Shown: one piece after another, positions 1 through 10,189 of the stretch
Position numbering within the stretch: the first letter of the stretch is position 1
Layout: the number at the start of each line of letters is the position of its first letter
Program-made: the position numbers and the translations under genes
DNA from: an uncultured Chloroflexia bacterium
GTDB taxonomy: Bacteria; Chloroflexota; Limnocylindria; Limnocylindrales; CSP1-4
Length of the DNA: 64,000 bases
NCBI GenBank assembly: GCA_963833225.1
Contig: CAWHXD010000007.1
Span: forward strand, 384,001 to 448,000
Direction of reading: 5' to 3'
The notes under the pieces: generated by a model
Seen by the model: only the letters and a program-made list of their open reading frames with translations
The model's database searches: none
What the model was told of the DNA's origin: nothing

Positions 1-109
1 GCCCGGTACCTGGGTCGCGCGGCGCTCTCCGGCGCGGCCGCCCGCGGGGTGCTCTAGCCCTGGCGGCCCAGCGTCTCTTCGCACGGCGCGTCCCCGCCCG
101 GGGCGCGCC

Positions 110-676
110 GTGACGCGATTCATCGACCGCGGCGCCGTCACGGCCGCCTGGGTCGGCGTCGGCATGGCCGTCACGATCGGGGTCTCGTTCCTGCTCGTGA
201 TCCCGATCGAGTTCCTCGTGATCCCGACCGCGCTGTTCGGCGGGATGATGATCGGCTACTACGCCAACGCCCGGTCCGATCGACGGGGAGGGCCCTGGGG
301 CCGGGTGATCCTCAACGGCCTGTTTGCCGGGCTCGTGATGGGGCTGACCCTCGCCGTCCTCTACCTGGGCGTCAAGGGGCTGTTCTTCACGGCCGACAAC
401 GGGTTCCGGGACGCCACCTCCGGAGGGCCGCTGGTCTGCCAGTCCGGAGCCGACTGCGTCTACCAGCGATACCTGGACATCGGGCGTGGCCCACAGTTCG
501 AGGCGGCCGGGATCACGGATGTCGACTCGTTCACCCGCTTCTACTGGGGCGACCAGCTCAACAGCGCCGGGACCTTCCTTGCGCTCGCGGTGGGCGGGTC
601 GCTGGTGGGCGGGCTGATGTACGGGGTGACCAACCGCCGACGTCCAGAGGATGCGGCGTTGCCCGACCGCGCCTAG
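110..676 (+). CDS. Hypothetical integral membrane protein (about 4 TM helices, loop with a Cys pair)
   Basis: 188-aa ORF with GC3-rich codons, several hydrophobic segments and CQSGADC in a loop. Confidence 0.75.
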   Translation: MTRFIDRGAVTAAWVGVGMAVTIGVSFLLVIPIEFLVIPTALFGGMMIGYYANARSDRRGGPWGRVILNGLFAGLVMGLTLAVLYLGVKGLFFTADNGFRDATSGGPLVCQSGADCVYQRYLDIGRGPQFEAAGITDVDSFTRFYWGDQLNSAGTFLALAVGGSLVGGLMYGVTNRRRPEDAALPDRA

Positions 677-701
677 CGTCCCGGCGACCCCGCGGAATCA
701 A

Positions 702-728
702 GACGCCCCGGTCGATGGCCGGGGCGTC
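702..728 (-). terminator. Intrinsic terminator hairpin downstream of rpsT, between convergent genes
   Basis: GACGCCCCGG / CCGGGGCGTC inverted repeat followed by TTGATT on the minus strand. Confidence 0.6.
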
Positions 729-756
729 GAGAGTGATCGCCGACGAGCGGCGGAGG

Positions 757-1539
757 CTACTCGGTCTTCTTGGCCTTCGGCGCGGCCTTGGTGGCTGTCG
801 CCTTGGTGGCGGCCTTCGCGGTCGCGGCCTTGGTGGCGGTCTTCGCGGTCGCGGCCTTGGCTGCGGTCGCCTTCGGCGCGGCCTTTGCCTTCGGCGCGGC
901 CTTGGCGGCCGTCGCCTTGCCGGCCTTTGCCTTCGGCGCGGTGGCGGTCGCCTTAGGCGCGGCCTTTGCCTTCGGCGCGGCCTTGGTGGCGGTCTTCGCG
1001 CCGGTCTTGGCCGCGGTCCTCGGGGTCGCCTTCGCGGCCGGGGCGGTCTCGACGGCCGGTGCCGTTGCCGGGGCCGTCTCGGCGCGGGTGGTCTTGGACA
1101 GCGCGGCACGTGCCTTGCCGGCGGCGGTCTGGGCGCCCTTGGCCTTCACGGCCTTGCCGGCCGCGATGCGGGCCTTTGCGGCCTTGGCCGCGGCGGCCTT
1201 GCCGGTGGACTTCGCGACGCGCGCGCTGGTCACGACGGCCGTGCCACCGATGGCGGCGTTGATCTTCTTCGCGAGGCGGCTCTTGCGCCGTGCGGCGGCG
1301 TTCGGGTGGATGGCGCCAGCCTTCGCGGCGCGGTCCAGGGCCGAGACGGCCTCGCTCAGCGAGGCGGCGACATCGACGCCCTCGGGCTGGGCGGTGGCGA
1401 CCGAGACGGCCTTGGCAACGAGGGTCTTCGCCGCGGACCGCCGGGGCTGGAGGATCGCGTGCCGGCGCTCAGCCTGGCGGACGCGCTTCAGCCCGGACGG
1501 GTTGCGAGCGCCCTGCCATTTCCGGGGCGTTCTAGCCAA
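757..1539 (-). CDS. rpsT: 30S ribosomal protein S20 with a long Ala/Lys/Thr-rich C-terminal tail
   Basis: KRVRQAERR...LDRAAKAGAIHPNAAARRKSRLAKKIN matches S20; about 165 extra residues of AAPKAKA-type repeats; TTG start. Confidence 0.9.
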   Translation of the reverse strand: MARTPRKWQGARNPSGLKRVRQAERRHAILQPRRSAAKTLVAKAVSVATAQPEGVDVAASLSEAVSALDRAAKAGAIHPNAAARRKSRLAKKINAAIGGTAVVTSARVAKSTGKAAAAKAAKARIAAGKAVKAKGAQTAAGKARAALSKTTRAETAPATAPAVETAPAAKATPRTAAKTGAKTATKAAPKAKAAPKATATAPKAKAGKATAAKAAPKAKAAPKATAAKAATAKTATKAATAKAATKATATKAAPKAKKTE

Positions 1540-1717
1540 GGTGGCTGATCTCCGTTCCGTGTGTGTGCGGGTGATTCACGACGCGCGCGGGCGTAGCCTG
1601 CCCGAGGCGCGACGGCGAATGGTAGCAGAGCCCCGCGCGAATCGGCCAGCAGGGGATCCTGACCGGGTGCCCAACGCGCCTGGGGCAGGCTGCCCGCGAC
1701 CGTGCCACGATTGCGCC

Positions 1718-2242
1718 ATGGAGACCGACCTGCCGCTCACCGGGATCTTCCCAGACTGGCCACAGCACGCCGCCCGCCTTGCCGACGCGGTGCGCGACCT
1801 CCCAGCGGAGGCGCTCGCCATGCGCGCCTTTCCCGACCAGCTGCCGATCTGGGGGCTCGCTGCGCACGTGGCCGGCATGCGGGTGTACTGGCTGTGCGCC
1901 GTCTGCGGCGAACCCGGAGCCGATGCCACGCCATTCCCCGCAAGCTTGTCAGGGCTTGGCTGGGAGGACGACGAAGGCCACCCGAGGACCGCGGACGAGC
2001 TGGCCTGGGCGCTTGACTCCACGTGGGGGGTCGTCGCGAGCTGCCTCCAGCGCTGGTCCCTGCAAGACCTCCAGGTCAGGGTGGAGCGCACGCGCGACAG
2101 CAGGCGGGAGCTGCACACACGCGCGTCGATCCTGAACCGGATGTTCAGCCACGATGCGTTCCACGCCGGCGAGATCTCGCAGCTCCTCGGCGGGCATGGG
2201 TTTGCCGGGATCGATCTCTGGCGGCCCGCCCAGGATCGCTAA
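1718..2242 (+). CDS. DinB/YfiT family protein
   Basis: Real part of ORF 770..2242 starts at ATG 1718 (METDLP...); motifs LAAHVAG and HDAFHAGEI. Confidence 0.75.
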   Translation: METDLPLTGIFPDWPQHAARLADAVRDLPAEALAMRAFPDQLPIWGLAAHVAGMRVYWLCAVCGEPGADATPFPASLSGLGWEDDEGHPRTADELAWALDSTWGVVASCLQRWSLQDLQVRVERTRDSRRELHTRASILNRMFSHDAFHAGEISQLLGGHGFAGIDLWRPAQDR

Positions 2243-3900
2243 CCCGAGGGCCGCGTCCGCCGCACGCGGTAGCGCCGGATCAGCGCCGCGGTGGAGCCGT
2301 CGTGGGAAGCTGATGGATCCACGTCCGTGCCCATGAGCTCGCCCGCGATCCGCGTCGCCAGGACCTTGCCAAGCTCCACGCCCCACTGGTCGAACGTCCC
2401 GACACCCCAGATCACGCCCTGGGTGAACACCTTGTGCTCGTACAGCGCGACGAGCGACCCGAGGACGCGCGGCGTGAGCCGATCGGCCAGGATCACGGAG
2501 GTGGGCCGGTTGCCCTCGAACACCCGAGCATCGACCTGGTGCGCCGGCACGCCGTCGGCGACCACCTCCGCGCGCGTCTTGCCAAAGGCCATCGCCTCCG
2601 CCTGCGCAAACAGGTTCGCCATCAGCAGGTCCTGGTGGTCGCCGATCTCGGTCGTCGGGTTGACGAAGCCGATCAGGTCGGCAGGCACGATCCTCGTGCC
2701 CTGGTGGAGGAGCTGGTAGTAGGCGTGCTGGCCGTTGGTGCCGGCGGTGCCCCACACAATGGGTCCCGTGTCGTAGGTCACGCGCGTGCCGTCGAGACGA
2801 ACGGACTTGCCGTTGGACTCCATGTCCAGCTGCTGGAGGTACGCGGGGAACCGGTTGAGCTCCTGCGAGTAGGGCAGGACGGCGTGCGTCTCAAACCCGA
2901 ACGCGTTGCCGTACCAGATCCCCAACAGCGCCATCAGCACGGGCAGGTTGTCTTCGAGCGGGGCGTTGAGGAAGTGCTCGTCCATCGCGCGGAACCCGGC
3001 CAGCAGCTCGCGGAAGTCGTCGGGCCCGATGGCCACCATCAGCGACAGGCCGATGGCGCTGTCCATGGAGTACCGGCCGCCGACCCAGTCCCAGAACCCG
3101 AACATGTTGGCGGTGTCGATCCCGAACTCCGCCACCTTGGCGGCGTTGGTGGACACGGCGACGAAGTGGCGGGCGACGGCGGCCGGGTCTCCCAGCGACG
3201 TGAGCAGCCAGTCACGCGCCGTGCGAGCGTTGGTCAGCGTCTCGAGCGTGGTGAACGTCTTTGACGCCACGATGAACAACGTCTCGGCAGGATCGAGGTC
3301 AAGGGTCGCTTCGCGGATGTCCGCGCCGTCGACGTTGGACACGAACCGGAAGCGCATGGACCGTTCCGAATCGTTGCGCAGCGCCTCGACGGCCATGGCC
3401 GGTCCAAGGTCCGAGCCGCCGATGCCGATGTTGATGACGTTCCGAATGGGCTTGCCCGTGAAGCCCTTCCACTCCCCGCCGCGCACCCTGAGCGCGAAGG
3501 CCGCCATCCGGTCGAGGACATCGTGGACGTCGGCGATCACATCGTGTCCGTCCACCTCGAGCCGTTCGCCGGCGGGCGTCCGCAGCGCCGTGTGGAGGAC
3601 GGCCCGGTTCTCGGTCCGGTTGATGTGGACGCCGGCGAACATGTCGGCCCGCCGATCCTCGACGCGGGCGGCCTTCGCCACGTCGAGCAGGAGGGCCATG
3701 GTCTGGTCCGTGACCCGGTGCTTGCTGTAGTCGAGGAACAGGCCGGCGCCCTCGGCGGTCAGCCGGTCGGCACGGCCAGGGTCGCTCGCGAACAGCTCCC
3801 GCAGGTGCCGGTCGCGCAGCGTCTCGTGATGGGCCATGACCGCGTGCCACTCGGGCAGGCGGTCGAGCGGGGCGGCAAGGGTCGTGTCGTCGGAGATCAT
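2239..3900 (-). CDS. pgi: Glucose-6-phosphate isomerase
   Basis: [46 protein letters not shown]; start set at ATG 3900 because TACGAT lies 7 nt upstream. Confidence 0.97.
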   Translation of the reverse strand: MISDDTTLAAPLDRLPEWHAVMAHHETLRDRHLRELFASDPGRADRLTAEGAGLFLDYSKHRVTDQTMALLLDVAKAARVEDRRADMFAGVHINRTENRAVLHTALRTPAGERLEVDGHDVIADVHDVLDRMAAFALRVRGGEWKGFTGKPIRNVINIGIGGSDLGPAMAVEALRNDSERSMRFRFVSNVDGADIREATLDLDPAETLFIVASKTFTTLETLTNARTARDWLLTSLGDPAAVARHFVAVSTNAAKVAEFGIDTANMFGFWDWVGGRYSMDSAIGLSLMVAIGPDDFRELLAGFRAMDEHFLNAPLEDNLPVLMALLGIWYGNAFGFETHAVLPYSQELNRFPAYLQQLDMESNGKSVRLDGTRVTYDTGPIVWGTAGTNGQHAYYQLLHQGTRIVPADLIGFVNPTTEIGDHQDLLMANLFAQAEAMAFGKTRAEVVADGVPAHQVDARVFEGNRPTSVILADRLTPRVLGSLVALYEHKVFTQGVIWGVGTFDQWGVELGKVLATRIAGELMGTDVDPSASHDGSTAALIRRYRVRRTRPSG

Positions 3901-3927
3901 GCTCCGCATCGTAGTCCAGCCCGGCGG

Positions 3928-6534
3928 TCAGGACGGCTGCAGGCCGTTCTCCGCGCGCCTGCGAAGCCGCTCCGCTGAATGCAGGATGCGGTCGTGCATC
4001 TGGATCCGGCGTTCCGAGGTGTCCACGGTCGCCAGCCCACCGAGCCACGCCGCCGTCCCCTCGATGATCGTGGCGATCGCTGCCGCGTCGTCGGGCACGA
4101 ACAGCGGGCGGTCAGGGACCTCGACGTAGACCGGAGAGGTATGCGCGGCCATGCTGCTGATGAATGCCGACTGGAGCTCGTGCCGGCTCCGCGACCGGGC
4201 CGCGATCCACGCCCCTCCGTCCACCACCACGGGTTCCGCGAGCGTGAGCCCGGTCACCCCGATCGGCGTCTCCGTGGCGGCGACAACCTGGCCGTTGACC
4301 ACCAGCTCCAGGGCATTGACCACCGGCTGTGCCGCACGGACGGAGGCCCGCACGTCGAGCCGCCCGCCGCCGGCGGGCAGGCTGATGGTGTCGCCCGGCT
4401 CCGCCCCCTCGACCTCGAGGGTGATCAGTGGACCGGAGGTGGCGAAGGTCCGCCCCGCGCGGACCGCCTCCGCCCACGCGCTCGGAGACGGCCCCGACCC
4501 GGCGGAGACTCGAGCGTAGGTGCGCACGGCGCCCACGGGCACCTCGGAGGTCATCTTGTCGGTCCCGCCCAGGATCGGCAGCCGATGGCCGGTGTTGAGG
4601 AAGCGGTACCACTCCAGAATGGGAGGCGAGTCCAGCCCGGGCGCGAACGTCTGCATCTCCACGCCGTCGATGAGCCCCTCCACGATGGCCGAGGCGACCT
4701 CCGCGTACGGCAGCGGGAAGTGCGCGCCGATCGTGAGCCCGCCCGCGGCCCGGCAGCGCTCCGCCCATTCGGCGAGCAGGCTGGTGACCGCACCGCCCAG
4801 CCCGCCCTCGGGACCCCCGCCGGACGACGGCGGAAGGACGGCCCGGCGTGCCCCCAGCAGCGCGAGGTGGCCCAGGACGTTCTCCCGGTTCTCGGTCCCC
4901 AGCACCACGTGGTGGGACCCGTCCGGCGCAGCCATCGATCCCCACGGCAGGTCATTGATGTTGGTGAACGCGTCGGCCCACTGGGTCGCGAGCAGGTGGA
5001 CGATGTTGACGCCCTCGGCGGCAGCCTGGAGCAGGGCCGTGGATGGCGCCAGGAAATGGACGTGGGAGTCCGAGGCGACCCACCGTTCCTTGGCGGGATC
5101 CAGGGCTCGTTCAAGCGCCAGCTCCACGGGGCGCCCGGGCCCGCGGTCAACGACTTCCAGGTGACGCCGGAGCGGCACGCAATCGAAGCCGCGCACGACC
5201 TCCACCTCAACCGGGCCGGGCGGAAGGTCGATGTCGAATGCGCCCGGGACGTAGGCGTAGGTGTCGCCGGCGAGAGCGAGGTCCGCGCCGGTGTCCTCGT
5301 ACAGCCCGGGGTTGACCGCGTCCCGGTGGGCAACCGGTGGCAGGTACCGGCCATCGCGCGCCACGAACCGGACTCGGGCCGGCGTCTCCTCGCCGTCCAC
5401 CGTGACCCGGACCCGGGTGCGGATGCTCCGGGGTGGCAGGGGACGGACGGTCACGCCACCGACGGTCGCTCCCTCGCCCACGTCGCGGGCCCGGAAGACC
5501 GCACCGCCAAAGCGCAGGCGGGCGTCCGGGGTGACCGTGACATCGACGATCCGGGTCCCGTCGTCGCCGGCCGGGGTCGGGGCAGGTCCCCAGCCCACCG
5601 GGTGGCCCGGGTTGGCGGCTGGCAGGTCGTCGCCGGCGGATCGCGCCGTGCCGCCGCCGACGGCCCGCACCGGGCGTCGGCTCCGGATCGCCACGCCCAG
5701 GTCCACGTCCGGCAGCCGGTCCGGCGCGCCGGTGACCAGGAGCTCGACACGGGACGCAAGCGCGAGCGGGTTCGCCGTCCCCGCGAACAGCGTCATGCCC
5801 GCGATGACGACGGCCCGGCCCGGCTGGGGATCGGCCATGGGGCGGAGCTCGAGGCGCCGGAGGTCGCCGGTGCCGTGAAGCGGGATGGCATACAGCCAGA
5901 TGGTGAGGTCGTCATCCGGCGTTGGCAGGACGTCCGTCACTCCCGTCTGGCTTGCACCCCACGCGCCCGGCAGGGTGGTCAGCGGGCCGGCGTGTCCCGC
6001 GGGGGCGTAGCGCCCCGGCTCCAGCCGGGGATGGGGTCCGAGGAAGTCGAGCGGCTCGTTGCTGCGGTGGCCGACCGCGCGGAATGGGAGGTAGCCCCAG
6101 CCCGTGATCCCGTCCCCAACCTCGAACCGGCGCCGGATCGGCACCTCGATGGCGCCCTCGTCCCCGACCATCCGGTAGGCCGCCAGGTCCTCCCCGATCC
6201 CGTCAACCCAGCCGACGGGCCGTCCGGGAGGACGCTCGCCGGAGGCGTCGCGGTGGCTGTCGCAGAAGTGCGCCACCACCAGCCAGGACGCCCCGGCGAA
6301 TGGCGGCACCTCGAGCGCGACCTCGGCGCGGAGCACCAGCCAGCGCCTCGCACCCGCGTCACCCAGCCGGAACGGGAGCCCTCGCCACACGACCGGACCA
6401 CCGGGAGCACGGCGAACGCCGTGCGCATAGAGGGGATGGAGAGACGCGGCGAGCTCGTCCTCGCTGGCGTTCCACAACGGAGCGAGGTCGACGGGCCGCG
6501 CGAGGTCGGTGGCCAGTCCGCCGACGGGATCCAC
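3928..6534 (-). CDS. CehA/McbA-like PHP-domain metallohydrolase
   Basis: DSHVH, GHLALLG, AHFP and GGTDK metal-ligand motifs; C-terminal AAHTSPVYV; GGAGG RBS before GTG 6534. Confidence 0.75.
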   Translation of the reverse strand: MDPVGGLATDLARPVDLAPLWNASEDELAASLHPLYAHGVRRAPGGPVVWRGLPFRLGDAGARRWLVLRAEVALEVPPFAGASWLVVAHFCDSHRDASGERPPGRPVGWVDGIGEDLAAYRMVGDEGAIEVPIRRRFEVGDGITGWGYLPFRAVGHRSNEPLDFLGPHPRLEPGRYAPAGHAGPLTTLPGAWGASQTGVTDVLPTPDDDLTIWLYAIPLHGTGDLRRLELRPMADPQPGRAVVIAGMTLFAGTANPLALASRVELLVTGAPDRLPDVDLGVAIRSRRPVRAVGGGTARSAGDDLPAANPGHPVGWGPAPTPAGDDGTRIVDVTVTPDARLRFGGAVFRARDVGEGATVGGVTVRPLPPRSIRTRVRVTVDGEETPARVRFVARDGRYLPPVAHRDAVNPGLYEDTGADLALAGDTYAYVPGAFDIDLPPGPVEVEVVRGFDCVPLRRHLEVVDRGPGRPVELALERALDPAKERWVASDSHVHFLAPSTALLQAAAEGVNIVHLLATQWADAFTNINDLPWGSMAAPDGSHHVVLGTENRENVLGHLALLGARRAVLPPSSGGGPEGGLGGAVTSLLAEWAERCRAAGGLTIGAHFPLPYAEVASAIVEGLIDGVEMQTFAPGLDSPPILEWYRFLNTGHRLPILGGTDKMTSEVPVGAVRTYARVSAGSGPSPSAWAEAVRAGRTFATSGPLITLEVEGAEPGDTISLPAGGGRLDVRASVRAAQPVVNALELVVNGQVVAATETPIGVTGLTLAEPVVVDGGAWIAARSRSRHELQSAFISSMAAHTSPVYVEVPDRPLFVPDDAAAIATIIEGTAAWLGGLATVDTSERRIQMHDRILHSAERLRRRAENGLQPS

Positions 6535-6551
6535 GGGGCGATCCTCCCGTA

Positions 6552-6601
6552 TTGACGCTGCTGCGCCCACGATGGTACGGTGCCGCGATCAGCGAGCGCA
6601 A
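6552..6601. promoter_or_regulatory. Overlapping divergent sigma70-type promoters
   Basis: Plus: TTGACG(6552)-N18-TACGGT(6576) with TG extension. Minus: TTGCGC(6601-6596)-N18-TACCAT(6577-6572). Confidence 0.55.
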
Positions 6602-6609
6602 GCGCTTGC
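6598..6609. promoter_or_regulatory. LacI-family operator
   Basis: Perfect palindrome GCAAGCGCTTGC with the central AAGCGCTT typical of LacI sites; a lacI-family gene ends the operon. Confidence 0.7.
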
Positions 6610-6628
6610 ACGCATCGAGGAGTGAGCG

Positions 6629-7909
6629 ATGCCTGGACCCGGGATCGAGCTGGTCGGCGCCGAGGAGATGGCCGAGGTCCTGGAGGTCATGCAGAGCGGT
6701 TTCCTGAGCCGCTACGGCCCGTCCGACAACCCCGCCTTCCTCGCCAAGACGCACCGGCTTGAGCTGGAGATGGCGGAATACCTGGGTACCAAGCATGCCC
6801 TGACGCTCGCCGGCGGCGGGTCCGCGGCGCTCCTGATCGCGATGCACGCCCTGGGCATCGGGGCCGGCGACGAGGTCATCGTGCCGGGCTTCACGTACGT
6901 CGCCTCCATCTCGTCGATCGTGTACGCGGGCGCGACGCCCGTGCTCGCCGAGATCGACGACACCTTCACCCTCGACCCGGCGGATGTCGAGGCCCGGATC
7001 ACCCCGCGCACGAAGGCCATCATGGTCGTCCACATGCTGGGCGGCATCGGCCAGCTCGACGAGCTCGTCGCCATCGCGGAGCGGCACGGCATCGCCCTCA
7101 TCGAGGATTGCGCGCAGGCGTTCGGCGGGACCTACCAGGGTCAGCGCGTGGGCGGCATCGGCACCATCGGCACGTTCAGCTTCAACGAGTACAAGACGAT
7201 CACCTGCGGTGACGGCGGCATGATCGCCACCAACGACACCGAGCTGTATGAGCGCGCGTTCGCGATGCACGACCAGGGCCATGCGCCGTACCGCCTCGAG
7301 GTGAAGTACGCCCCCCGCCCGTTCCTCGGCCTCAACTTCCGCACGACCGAGCTGTCCTCGGCGGTCCTGCTCGCCCAGCTTCCCAAGTCGGAGCTGATCG
7401 TGGCCCACCTGCGAGCCAACAAGGCGATCGTCAAGGACGTCCTCGCGGGAATCCCCGGGATTGCCTTCCGCCGGCTGGTGGACCGGGAGGGCGACATCGC
7501 GACCCACCTCGTGGTGACCTTCCCGACCGCCCAGATCGCCGGCGCGGTTGCGGCCGAGCTGGGCTCGTGCCAGCTGTCCGAGTCTGGCTGGCACGTGTAC
7601 AGCCACATGAACCACCTGCTGGACCAGCGCACCGCGTCCAACAAGGGCTGCCCGTTCCACTGTGGGCACACGGACCACGCCCGGCCCAGCTACCAGCCCG
7701 GCATGTTGCCGCAGTCCGACGACCTGCTGGAGCGCTCGCTCAGCATCGGCATCGGGGTGCGGGATTCGAACCTGGCTCCGTACGGGTTGCGGATGCGAAA
7801 CGACGCCAGCGAGGCGGCCGAGCTCGCAGCGCAAGCCCGGGGCGTGATCGCGCGGCACATGGGTGTGGCCGGTGCGGATATGCCTCAAGCCCCGGCGGCC
7901 TCCCGTTGA
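6629..7909 (+). CDS. DegT/DnrJ/EryC1/StrS family PLP-dependent aminotransferase
   Basis: GAGDEVIVP, IEDCAQAFG, FSFNEYKTITCGDGG (PLP lysine); GAGGAG RBS. Confidence 0.9.
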   Translation: MPGPGIELVGAEEMAEVLEVMQSGFLSRYGPSDNPAFLAKTHRLELEMAEYLGTKHALTLAGGGSAALLIAMHALGIGAGDEVIVPGFTYVASISSIVYAGATPVLAEIDDTFTLDPADVEARITPRTKAIMVVHMLGGIGQLDELVAIAERHGIALIEDCAQAFGGTYQGQRVGGIGTIGTFSFNEYKTITCGDGGMIATNDTELYERAFAMHDQGHAPYRLEVKYAPRPFLGLNFRTTELSSAVLLAQLPKSELIVAHLRANKAIVKDVLAGIPGIAFRRLVDREGDIATHLVVTFPTAQIAGAVAAELGSCQLSESGWHVYSHMNHLLDQRTASNKGCPFHCGHTDHARPSYQPGMLPQSDDLLERSLSIGIGVRDSNLAPYGLRMRNDASEAAELAAQARGVIARHMGVAGADMPQAPAASR

Positions 7910-8985
7910 CCGACCCGATGCCGGCGATCGAGCTGCTCGACGCCACCAAGCGCTACGGGGAGGCGGTTGCGCTCGACCACGTGTCGCTCGAGATCGGGCA
8001 AGGGGAGTTCTTCTGCCTGCTTGGGCCGTCCGGCTGCGGCAAGACGACGACCCTCAACCTGATCGGCGGCTTCGTCCCCCTCACCTCGGGCGAGCTTCGC
8101 ATCGAGGGTATTCCGGTTGGCGACCTCCCCCCGCACAAGCGAAACGTCAACACGGTGTTCCAGAGCTACGCCCTGTTCCCGCACATGACGGTCGCCGCGA
8201 ACGTGGCGTTCGGGCTGCGCATGGAGGGCCTGCCGCCCGCCGAGGTGACCACCCGGATCGACCAGTACCTGGAGCTCGTTGGCCTGGCCGGGTTCGGTGA
8301 CCGCCTGCCCTCCCAACTGTCCGGCGGCCAGCAGCAGCGGGTGGCCCTGGCGCGCGCGCTCGCCAAGCGCCCTGCGGTGCTGCTGCTCGACGAGCCCCTG
8401 GGGGCCCTGGACCTCAAGCTCCGGAAGCAGATGCAGACCGAGCTGGCGCGAATCCATCGCCAGGTGGGGACCACGTTCGTGTTCGTCACCCACGACCAGG
8501 AGGAGGCGCTCTCGATGGCGACCCGGGTCGCCATCATGGCCAGTGGCCACGTCGCCCAGGTGGGCACGCCCCGCGAGATCTACGAGCGCCCGGTCGACCG
8601 GTTCGTGGCGGACTTCGTGGGTGAGACGAACTTCCTCGACGGGAGCGTGCGATCTTCCGACCTCCGTCCTGTCTTCGAGCCCGCCGGCGGTGGGGTGGCC
8701 ATCGCCGCACCCGGGGGGGCGGCGGCCGGCCCGGCCACCTTGATGATCCGCCCCGAGTACCTGCACGTCGATGCCGCGGGTGCGGCACCGCCGGACGCGG
8801 GACTGGTGGGACACGTTGTGAACGTCGCGTTCCTGGGCGCGTACTCGCGCGTCTCGATCGCGACGACGGCCGGGGAGCTGGTCGCCGTGCACTCGCACGA
8901 TGGCGGCCCGGACCCCGTGGTGGCAGTTGGTGAGGAGGTGTGCGTGTGGTGGCCGCCCGATCGTGCGGCCGTCCTCAGTCCGTGA
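7906..8985 (+). CDS. Polyamine-type ABC transporter ATP-binding subunit (PotA-like)
   Basis: GPSGCGKT, LSGGQQQRVALARAL, LLLDEPLGALD, TOBE-like C-terminus; start TTG 7906 or ATG 7918. Confidence 0.92.
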   Translation: MTDPMPAIELLDATKRYGEAVALDHVSLEIGQGEFFCLLGPSGCGKTTTLNLIGGFVPLTSGELRIEGIPVGDLPPHKRNVNTVFQSYALFPHMTVAANVAFGLRMEGLPPAEVTTRIDQYLELVGLAGFGDRLPSQLSGGQQQRVALARALAKRPAVLLLDEPLGALDLKLRKQMQTELARIHRQVGTTFVFVTHDQEEALSMATRVAIMASGHVAQVGTPREIYERPVDRFVADFVGETNFLDGSVRSSDLRPVFEPAGGGVAIAAPGGAAAGPATLMIRPEYLHVDAAGAAPPDAGLVGHVVNVAFLGAYSRVSIATTAGELVAVHSHDGGPDPVVAVGEEVCVWWPPDRAAVLSP

Positions 8986-9021
8986 GGTGGTGACAAGGTT
9001 CCCTGGAGGAGGAGGTTTGAC

Positions 9022-10161
9022 ATGACAGAAGCGAACGGAATCTCCCGGCGGCAATTCCTCGCGGCAGCCGGTGCGGCTGGCGCGGCGGTGGGGTTGGGCG
9101 GGGTCCTCGCCGCGTGCGGAGGCGGCGCGGCGGCGACGGTGGCCCCGAGCACGGGAGGTGGTGGTGGCGCCACCACGGGCACGTTCAACTGGATGACCTG
9201 GAGCGACCACTGGTACCAGGAGCAGTTGGACGCCATCACGGCGGCGATCAACATCACGCCCCAGACGACCGACCTGTCCGACAACGCGGACGGGTTCTCC
9301 AAGCTCAAGGAGGGCGGCTCGTCACTGGACATGATCTCCGGCGACGCGCTGTGGGTGCCCCGGTACTACGAGGACGGCCTGATCGAGGCCTGGGACATCA
9401 ACGAGCTCGCGGTGTCCAAGGAGCTCTACTCCGTCGCCCGCGGGTTCGACATCTGGACGACGCCTGCCGGCTACCTGGGCTATCCGTTCGGCTGGTCGCC
9501 GGTCCAGATCTACTACGACCCGGCCAAGGTCAGCGGCAACCCCGATTCATGGGACCTGCTGCTCGATCCCAAGTACGCCAAGAAGGTCATCGTCGAGGAC
9601 CAGCCGGTCGAGATCATGGCCTACATGGGCAAGGCGACCGGCGCCAAGGATCCGTACAACATGACCGCCGCCGAGCTCGCGACGGCCAAGGACGCGGCCA
9701 TGAAGCTCAAGCCCAACGTCCTGAGGCTGGCGCCGCAGAACACGGACACCATCGCGGCGCTGGTGAGCGGTGAGGCCTGGATCGCCACCGCCAACCTCGG
9801 GACCGAGGAGCGGGTCAAGGACGCCGGCGGCCCCGAGCTCAAGCTGTTCACCCCCAAGGAGGGGACGATCGGCTGGATGGACGCCGAGATGATCATCACC
9901 GGTGGTCCCAACGGCAGCCTGATCATGCCCTTCCTGGAGAAGGCCGAGCAGGCCGAGTACGTCGCCGAGAACTTCATCAAGAACGGGCGACCGCTGTTCA
10001 ACGAGGCCGCCTACAAGGTGCTCGTCGACAAGGGCCAGCAGGACCGCGCCGACCGGTTCCTCTACAACAAGCCCGAGACGGTGCTGACCATGACCCTCAA
10101 GGGCCCGGGCAGCTCTACCGAGGGCGCCATCGAGGCGTTCAACGAGGTGTTCGGAAGCTAG
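9022..10161 (+). CDS. ABC substrate-binding lipoprotein (PotD/PotF-like), Tat-exported
   Basis: SRRQFL twin-arginine motif, LAAC lipobox, PDSWDLLLDP, PKEGTIGWMD; GGAGGAGG RBS. Confidence 0.88.
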   Translation: MTEANGISRRQFLAAAGAAGAAVGLGGVLAACGGGAAATVAPSTGGGGGATTGTFNWMTWSDHWYQEQLDAITAAINITPQTTDLSDNADGFSKLKEGGSSLDMISGDALWVPRYYEDGLIEAWDINELAVSKELYSVARGFDIWTTPAGYLGYPFGWSPVQIYYDPAKVSGNPDSWDLLLDPKYAKKVIVEDQPVEIMAYMGKATGAKDPYNMTAAELATAKDAAMKLKPNVLRLAPQNTDTIAALVSGEAWIATANLGTEERVKDAGGPELKLFTPKEGTIGWMDAEMIITGGPNGSLIMPFLEKAEQAEYVAENFIKNGRPLFNEAAYKVLVDKGQQDRADRFLYNKPETVLTMTLKGPGSSTEGAIEAFNEVFGS

Positions 10162-10189
10162 GCGCGCCGGACTCGGGGAGACCCCCGTC

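Noticed and set aside
770-1717. Long hydrophobic AVAFGAA-repeat N-terminus of ORF 770..2242
   Set aside because: It is the antisense shadow of the rpsT Lys/Ala repeats; the real DinB gene starts at 1718
2239-3928. pgi as a member of the LacI catabolic operon
   Set aside because: pgi has its own TACGAT -10 positioned for a leaderless transcript, so adjacency alone is not enough
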